A stretch of DNA of 5,244 bases from PVC group bacterium (GTDB lineage: Bacteria; GCA-001730085; JADFSZ01): assembly GCA_022560555.1 (NCBI GenBank), contig JADFSZ010000125.1, positions 1-5,244 on the forward strand, in the 5' to 3' direction. Both the position numbers and the translations under genes were made by a program. The notes below the pieces were generated by a model. That model saw only the letters and a list, made by a program, of their open reading frames with translations, ran no database searches and was not told where the DNA came from. Below, piece by piece: positions 1 to 5,244 of the stretch (its first letter is position 1; every line of letters starts with the position of its first letter).

Positions 1-1726
<1,726 letters not shown>

Positions 1727-1732
1727 AATGAT

Positions 1733-2461
1733 TTATTCTCCATGCACCAGGCGCAAAGCCAATATTTCCGGAAGACCCGCCTCAAGAATTTTTCTTTGGG
1801 CGTTGTCAATATCATACGGAACTCTTTTAATGGATATCTCCCGGGCTACCGCGTCATAGATACAAAAAGAGCTCATGGGATCATTATCCCGGGGCTGACC
1901 CACACTCCCGACATTGATGATATAACGGTCTCCAGGCTTAAATGTATGTGAAATTTCTCGTCGGGAAACAAACTCTACACGCTCTTCATCAAGAAACACA
2001 CAAGGGATATGAGAGTGGCCGATGAAACACAAAGGCCGGTCAAGGAGCATAAAATTCTTATACACGGTGATCGGATCTAAGATGTAGTTCCATTTATCCG
2101 GCTTATCCAAACTCGCGTGCACAAAAATGGCATCCGTTTTGACAACCATAATGTCAAGTGAGAGAATATATGCTTTATCTTCCTCGGTAAGCTGACGTGC
2201 CGTCCATTCAACGGCAGCTCTCGCGTTGCTGTTAAAATATGTCACATCCGTTTTTCCGACAGCGGCAAAATCGTGATTCCCGGCAATAACATGAGAGCAT
2301 GTGTCCCGGACGAGCGCCAGACATTCACGGGGATTCGCCCCATATCCAACCATGTCCCCCAGACAGATATACTCATCAATGTTTTCCGTTTCATATGCCT
2401 TCAGAACAGCCTTGAGAGCCTCCAGATTACCGTGAACATCAGAAAATATTCCATACCGCAT
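1733..2461 (-). CDS. Calcineurin-like metallophosphoesterase (ApaH/PrpE/YfcE-like MPP family), 242 aa
   Basis: The full MPP motif set is present in order: DVHGN (DxH), LGDMVGYG (GD), AGNHD (GNHD/E), VHAS (H), IGHSH (GHxH), and GSVGQPRD. The preferred start is the ATG at 2461..2459 (MRYGIFSDVHGN). It is preceded by AGGGAG with a 6-nt spacer and does not overlap the upstream gene. The tracked start at 2533 adds 24 non-conserved residues and overlaps the acylphosphatase by 53 nt. Confidence 0.85.
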   Translation of the reverse strand: MRYGIFSDVHGNLEALKAVLKAYETENIDEYICLGDMVGYGANPRECLALVRDTCSHVIAGNHDFAAVGKTDVTYFNSNARAAVEWTARQLTEEDKAYILSLDIMVVKTDAIFVHASLDKPDKWNYILDPITVYKNFMLLDRPLCFIGHSHIPCVFLDEERVEFVSRREISHTFKPGDRYIINVGSVGQPRDNDPMSSFCIYDAVAREISIKRVPYDIDNAQRKILEAGLPEILALRLVHGE

Positions 2462-2480
2462 GTGACACTCCCTGTATGCT

Positions 2481-2756
2481 TTAATAAGTAATGTTAAAAG
2501 CTGAAAATTCTCCGCTTGGCCCCGGAGAAACATTTGTTATACGCACATCCGTAATATAACGTCCCATAGCTTTTCGGATTTCTTCAATAAAATTCTTTGA
2601 ATCTTCCCCTTGTCCGCAGGCAACAACTTCCACGGATTCGTTCGGAAGATTTTTCACATAACCCGTAATATCATGATTCCTCGAAACTGCAAGCACTCTA
2701 TACCGGAATCCAACCCCTTGCACCCTTCCGCTAAAAATGACCTTCACGCAATCCAT
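2481..2756 (-). CDS. acyP: Acylphosphatase (91 aa)
   Basis: This is a tracked ORF of the size typical for the family. The acylphosphatase signatures are FSGRVQGVGFRY (VxGxVQGVxFR phosphate-binding loop with catalytic Arg) and GYVKNLPNESVEVVACG (GxVxN...VE..G with catalytic Asn). Confidence 0.85.
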   Translation of the reverse strand: MDCVKVIFSGRVQGVGFRYRVLAVSRNHDITGYVKNLPNESVEVVACGQGEDSKNFIEEIRKAMGRYITDVRITNVSPGPSGEFSAFNITY

Positions 2757-2783
2757 ATTTTTAATATTGCATCCCGTTTAAGA

Positions 2784-2860
2784 TGGTCGGAGCGGCGGGA
2801 TTTGAACCCACGGTCTCAGCGTCCCGAACGCTGCGCGTTACCAAGCTACGCCACGCTCCG
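2784..2860 (-). tRNA. tRNA-Pro, anticodon CGG, 77 nt with encoded CCA
   Basis: The cloverleaf was folded by hand from the reverse complement: CGGAGCG TG GCGT AGCTTGGTA ACGC G CAGCG TTCGGGA CGCTG AGACC GTGGG TTCAAAT CCCGC CGCTCCG A CCA. The 7-bp acceptor stem is fully paired. The D stem is GCGT/ACGC with a GG in the loop. The anticodon stem is CAGCG/CGCTG, and its loop is T-T-CGG-G-A (U33, anticodon CGG, G37). The variable loop is 5 nt. The T arm is GTGGG/CCCGC with a TTCAAAT loop. The C1-G72 pair and A73 discriminator are as in bacterial tRNA-Pro. Confidence 0.9.
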
Positions 2861-2884
2861 ACAATAGTCATTTCACCTGGGGGT

Positions 2885-2912
2885 ATTATAATCGAAAAAC
2901 GAAACCTCTAAA
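2885..2912 (-). promoter_or_regulatory. Candidate sigma70-type promoter for tRNA-Pro (and possibly the downstream genes)
   Basis: The minus strand reads TCATTTTTTTATT-TTTAGA-GGTTTCGTTTTTCGAT-TATAAT-ACCCCCAGG. The -10 is a perfect TATAAT (2890..2885). The -35 is TTTAGA (2912..2907; 4 of 6 matches to TTGACA) with a 16-nt spacer. An A/T-rich UP-like tract lies upstream. A GC-rich discriminator follows the -10, as in stable-RNA promoters. The predicted start would leave a leader of roughly 17 nt before the tRNA 5' end at 2860. This is motif evidence only. Confidence 0.4.
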
Positions 2913-2936
2913 ATAAAAAAATGATACTGAATGTCA

Positions 2937-3743
2937 TTATTTTCTCGACCTGAGCTTCATGCCCATCTCTAAAGAAAATACAAGTGCCATTCCTAGTGCC
3001 ATACTCAACAACAGGACTCCTCGAGAGGTTGAACTTTCCTCGATAAATCCCCAAGGCAGTCTGAGGGCTCCCGTCATCCCCCCCACCAACACAGCTAAAG
3101 TTTGAGCTTTGTAATTCTTAAGTAAAAAATAGAGAACTCTAGAAAATGCCAGCGCGCCCACACTGGCTCCCGCCGCAAAAACAAACAGTATTCCCAGAGC
3201 CATATCTTTTATGGCCCCGATGATATACTCATATTGACCGAGAATGAGCAGAAGAAAAGATCCGGAGATCCCGGGCAGAAGCATGGCCATAATGGCAATC
3301 ATCCCGGAGCCGAACGTCACCCACAGTCCATGATGGCCCTGAAGCGGATTCAGCCCAACAAACAAGTAGGCGCCAACAGCTCCAAACAGGAAATATCCAA
3401 CAAGGCGCCCCCAGTGAAACGAGGGATGACTTCGGACAATATGAACAACGCTGGCCATAATAAGTCCGAAAAAGAACGCGTAGGTCGGCCCTTTATGAGA
3501 CGTGAGCAAAGTTTCAATGACATGAGAAAACAGAAAAATGGCAAGACCCATCCCGGCGCCTAAAGGAATAAAAAATTTGAAACGGACTGTTTGAAAAAAC
3601 TTGAGAGGTTGAATGTCACGGATGGAGCTTATCAATTCGTCATAAATGTTTAATATCAAGGCCATCGTTCCTCCGGAAACACCCGGAATCACATCCGCGA
3701 TACCCATCAATATTCCTTTAAAAAATAATTTCACTTTTTTCAT
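2937..3743 (-). CDS. DUF368 family polytopic membrane protein (PopT-like putative polyprenyl/undecaprenyl-phosphate transporter), 268 aa
   Basis: This is a tracked ORF and is highly hydrophobic throughout. The family-defining motif occurs twice, as an internal two-fold repeat: GIADVIPGVSGGTMALILNIYDELI near the N-terminus and AMLLPGISGSFLLLILGQYEYII at mid-protein. The ATG at 3743..3741 gives the typical family N-terminus MKKVKLFFKGILMGIAD. Confidence 0.85.
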   Translation of the reverse strand: MKKVKLFFKGILMGIADVIPGVSGGTMALILNIYDELISSIRDIQPLKFFQTVRFKFFIPLGAGMGLAIFLFSHVIETLLTSHKGPTYAFFFGLIMASVVHIVRSHPSFHWGRLVGYFLFGAVGAYLFVGLNPLQGHHGLWVTFGSGMIAIMAMLLPGISGSFLLLILGQYEYIIGAIKDMALGILFVFAAGASVGALAFSRVLYFLLKNYKAQTLAVLVGGMTGALRLPWGFIEESSTSRGVLLLSMALGMALVFSLEMGMKLRSRK

Positions 3744-3750
3744 AATGCCG

Positions 3751-3784
3751 TCTTTTTCATAGAGATAACTTTTTCATAGAGATA
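3751..3784. repeat. Tandem direct duplication, 17-nt unit x2 (16/17 identical), straddling the cyclase stop codon
   Basis: On the plus strand, 3751..3767 is tctttttcatagagata and 3768..3784 is actttttcatagagata. The perfect 16-mer ctttttcatagagata occurs at 3752..3767 and 3769..3784. A third, degenerate copy of the core (minus strand TATGAAAAAAGT versus TATGAAAAAGT) sits one further 17-nt period downstream at the DUF368 start (3733..3744). Confidence 0.9.
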
Positions 3785-5244
3785 TCCCTGTCGGATTCTT
3801 TATGCGGCTTTTGAGCTCATAAAGACAGATTTCAGATTTTTTTCCTTTAACCAGGTGGCAGCCGATACTGTCGAGTTCGAATTCTCCGCTGAGAAGATCC
3901 ACCGTCTCTTGGGTTAAAAGTATTTTTTTATCAAAATCCCTTGTCAGCCTTTCCACGCGGCTGGCCACATTCACCGTATCTCCAATGACCGAATACTCCA
4001 TGCGTTGAGCCGCTCCGATGTTTCCGACAACAGCGTCTCCGGAATGAATCCCGACTCCGATGTCAATTTGAGGAAGTCCCTCTTTACGTAATTTTTCATT
4101 TACTCGCTCGAGTGAGTTTACAAAATCCAGCGCGGCCAAACACGCGTGTTGGGCGTGCTCCTTAACCTTCACGGGAGCACCAAAAACAACAAGCAGTCCG
4201 TCACCCAAATATTTATCCAGATACCCTTTATGGGAATCAATACACTGCACAATTTCGGAAAAATAAATATTGAGCATTTTCACGGTTTTTTCCGGAGTTA
4301 AACTTTCCGCGATCGATGTAAAATTCCGGATATCACAGAACAAAACGGAAATATGAGCAAGCGCGCCTCCGAGTTCCAGGGACTTTTTTTGAAGAACATC
4401 CTGCATGACCGCTTGCCCCACATATTTTCCAAAAAAGTTTTTGACCATGTCCCGCTCTTTTAAGCCTTTAACCATATGATTAAATGCCCCCGTCAATTCA
4501 CCGACTTCATCTAAGGATTGGGGCCGCAGCTGGATGTCGAAGTCTCCCGTCGCAACTTTCCGCGCCGAAACAGAAAGGGTTTTTAAAGGTTTCGTGAAAA
4601 TTCCCGTTATGAACCAGACAACCATCGTTACGAGACTCACACCTAAAATATGCATGAAAAAAGCGCTGACGGATAAACGACGTAATGGGAGAAACAGTTT
4701 CTCCAAGTCGACGGGATAAATAATATGCAGGCGGTTTAAAGGCGCGTATCCGAACACGAAAAGAAATTCTTTGTCTTGAATTTTGGCACGATACGGACTC
4801 TTTGAGGGATCTCGAAAAACCTCAAAATCAAGGGCCTCCATATTTTGCGCCGTGGAAAAACCGGGTTCTTTAATCAGGATAAACAATTCATTATTCTTTT
4901 TCGTATAGATCATGTCCTCAACGTTCCGGCTGAATATATTTCCAATGAGCATCAAAAGGTCATCAAACAAGACATCATAAGCCACAACCCCGGCAAGATG
5001 TCCTTCGGCATTCATCACGGGAGCGGCAAATGTGACCGTCATTTTTTTTGTAAATGCGTCCGGATAAGGCTCTATGAAAGAAGCCTCCCGGGATTCCAAC
5101 GCCAGTTGATACCAGGGCCGTGTTCTCGGGTCAAAACCATCTTGCGGCTGAAAAAAGTTTTCCGAATTTTTAGTGAAACCATCTTCAAATCCAATGTATA
5201 TTCGCTTGTCATGTCTTCGGACAATGTCTGATATATCCATTTGA
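3774..5244 (-). CDS. Membrane-bound sensor adenylate cyclase: dCache-like periplasmic domain, TM helix, HAMP, class III nucleotidyl cyclase domain (5' end probably beyond right window edge)
   Basis: The tracked ORF is 488 aa starting at the ATG at 5240. The frame stays open upstream (CAA at 5243..5241). The visible N-terminus begins in the middle of a Cache fold (IYIGFEDGF...DGFDPRTRPWY...GVVAYDV) with no preceding TM helix, so the true start is likely outside the window. The TM helix is SAFFMHILGVSLVTMVVWFITGIF. The HAMP domain is TKPLKTLSVSARKVATGDFDIQL...LDEVGELTGAFNHMVKGLKERD. The cyclase core is complete: metal-binding Asp in VLFCDIRNFTS and in KYLGDGLLVVFGAP, GVGIHSGDAVVGNIG, and YSVIGDTVNVASRVE (Asn and Arg). 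The stop is TGA at 3776..3774. Confidence 0.9.
   Translation of the reverse strand, partial: QMDISDIVRRHDKRIYIGFEDGFTKNSENFFQPQDGFDPRTRPWYQLALESREASFIEPYPDAFTKKMTVTFAAPVMNAEGHLAGVVAYDVLFDDLLMLIGNIFSRNVEDMIYTKKNNELFILIKEPGFSTAQNMEALDFEVFRDPSKSPYRAKIQDKEFLFVFGYAPLNRLHIIYPVDLEKLFLPLRRLSVSAFFMHILGVSLVTMVVWFITGIFTKPLKTLSVSARKVATGDFDIQLRPQSLDEVGELTGAFNHMVKGLKERDMVKNFFGKYVGQAVMQDVLQKKSLELGGALAHISVLFCDIRNFTSIAESLTPEKTVKMLNIYFSEIVQCIDSHKGYLDKYLGDGLLVVFGAPVKVKEHAQHACLAALDFVNSLERVNEKLRKEGLPQIDIGVGIHSGDAVVGNIGAAQRMEYSVIGDTVNVASRVERLTRDFDKKILLTQETVDLLSGEFELDSIGCHLVKGKKSEICLYELKSRIKNPTGISL

Noticed and set aside
1947-1962. CRP-like half-sites (TGTGA at 1947..1951, and another at 2461..2465), considered because of the cAMP theme
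   Set aside because: The partner half-sites 6 nt away (TCGTC, CTGTA) match TCACA at 2 of 5 positions or fewer. Both lie inside or at the edge of coding sequence rather than in a promoter region.
2462-2533. Longer start (ATG at 2533) for the metallophosphoesterase, as given in the ORF track
   Set aside because: The extra 24 residues (MFLRGQAENFQLLTLLIKAYRECH) precede the family's canonical N-terminus (M-x-x-x-x-x-S-D-x-H-G). The longer ORF would overlap the acylphosphatase by 53 nt. The internal ATG at 2461 has a good AGGGAG Shine-Dalgarno sequence.
2784-2860. tRNA-Pro as a genomic-island integration site (attB/attL)
   Set aside because: There is no integrase, no recombinase and no direct repeat of the tRNA 3' end elsewhere in the window. 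The flanking genes are ordinary and co-directional.
2610-2867. Plus-strand ORF of 85 aa
   Set aside because: It runs antisense through the acylphosphatase gene and straight across the tRNA-Pro gene. Its C-terminal part is simply the complement of the tRNA.
2914-2938. Possible intrinsic terminator after the DUF368 gene (hairpin AATGACA/TATCATT followed by a T7 run on the minus strand)
   Set aside because: The stem is only 7 bp, with a C-A mismatch and a single G-C pair, and it overlaps both the stop codon and the T-run. The T-rich tract is explained equally well as the UP-like element of the tRNA promoter. This is too weak to call.
3234-3563. Plus-strand ORF 3234..3563 (109 aa) and alternative-frame minus ORF 3350..3544 (64 aa)
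   Set aside because: Both are nested inside the DUF368 coding region, whose frame carries the duplicated PG(V/I)SG(G/S) family motif. The nested ORFs have no motifs and low-complexity composition.
4534-5231. Plus-strand ORFs 4534..4719 and 4845..5231
   Set aside because: They are antisense to the cyclase Cache/TM/HAMP region, which is well supported on the minus strand.

Overview
All credible genes in this window lie on the minus strand and are tightly packed. In transcription order (high to low coordinates) they are: (1) a sensor adenylate cyclase with a dCache-like periplasmic domain, one TM helix, a HAMP domain and a class III cyclase domain (3774..5244). Its N-terminus very probably lies beyond the right edge. 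(2) A DUF368 (PopT-like) polytopic membrane protein (2937..3743). (3) tRNA-Pro(CGG) (2784..2860), preceded by a sigma70-like promoter. (4) An acylphosphatase (2481..2756). (5) A calcineurin-like metallophosphoesterase (1733..2461; I prefer an internal start over the start given in the ORF track). (6) A VanZ-like small membrane protein (1325..1726, TTG start). (7) The first 440 codons of NAD+-dependent DNA ligase LigA (1..1322). LigA is absent from the supplied ORF track because it runs off the left edge, but I translated it by hand and it is stop-free with every LigA hallmark. All plus-strand ORFs in the track are antisense shadows of these genes. I see no mobile element, CRISPR array, integrase, toxin-antitoxin pair or recognisable defence gene, and I cannot support a claim of a new multi-gene system here. 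The most unusual feature is a 17-nt periodic junction between the cyclase and the DUF368 gene. A tandem duplication there creates two six-codon mini-ORFs chained by three ATGA stop/start overlaps. Secondary observations are a tRNA embedded with no terminator at the head of an mRNA operon that ends in essential ligA, a near-complete amino-acid-sensor motif in the cyclase Cache domain, and co-location of a cyclase with a possible phosphodiesterase-type metallophosphoesterase.
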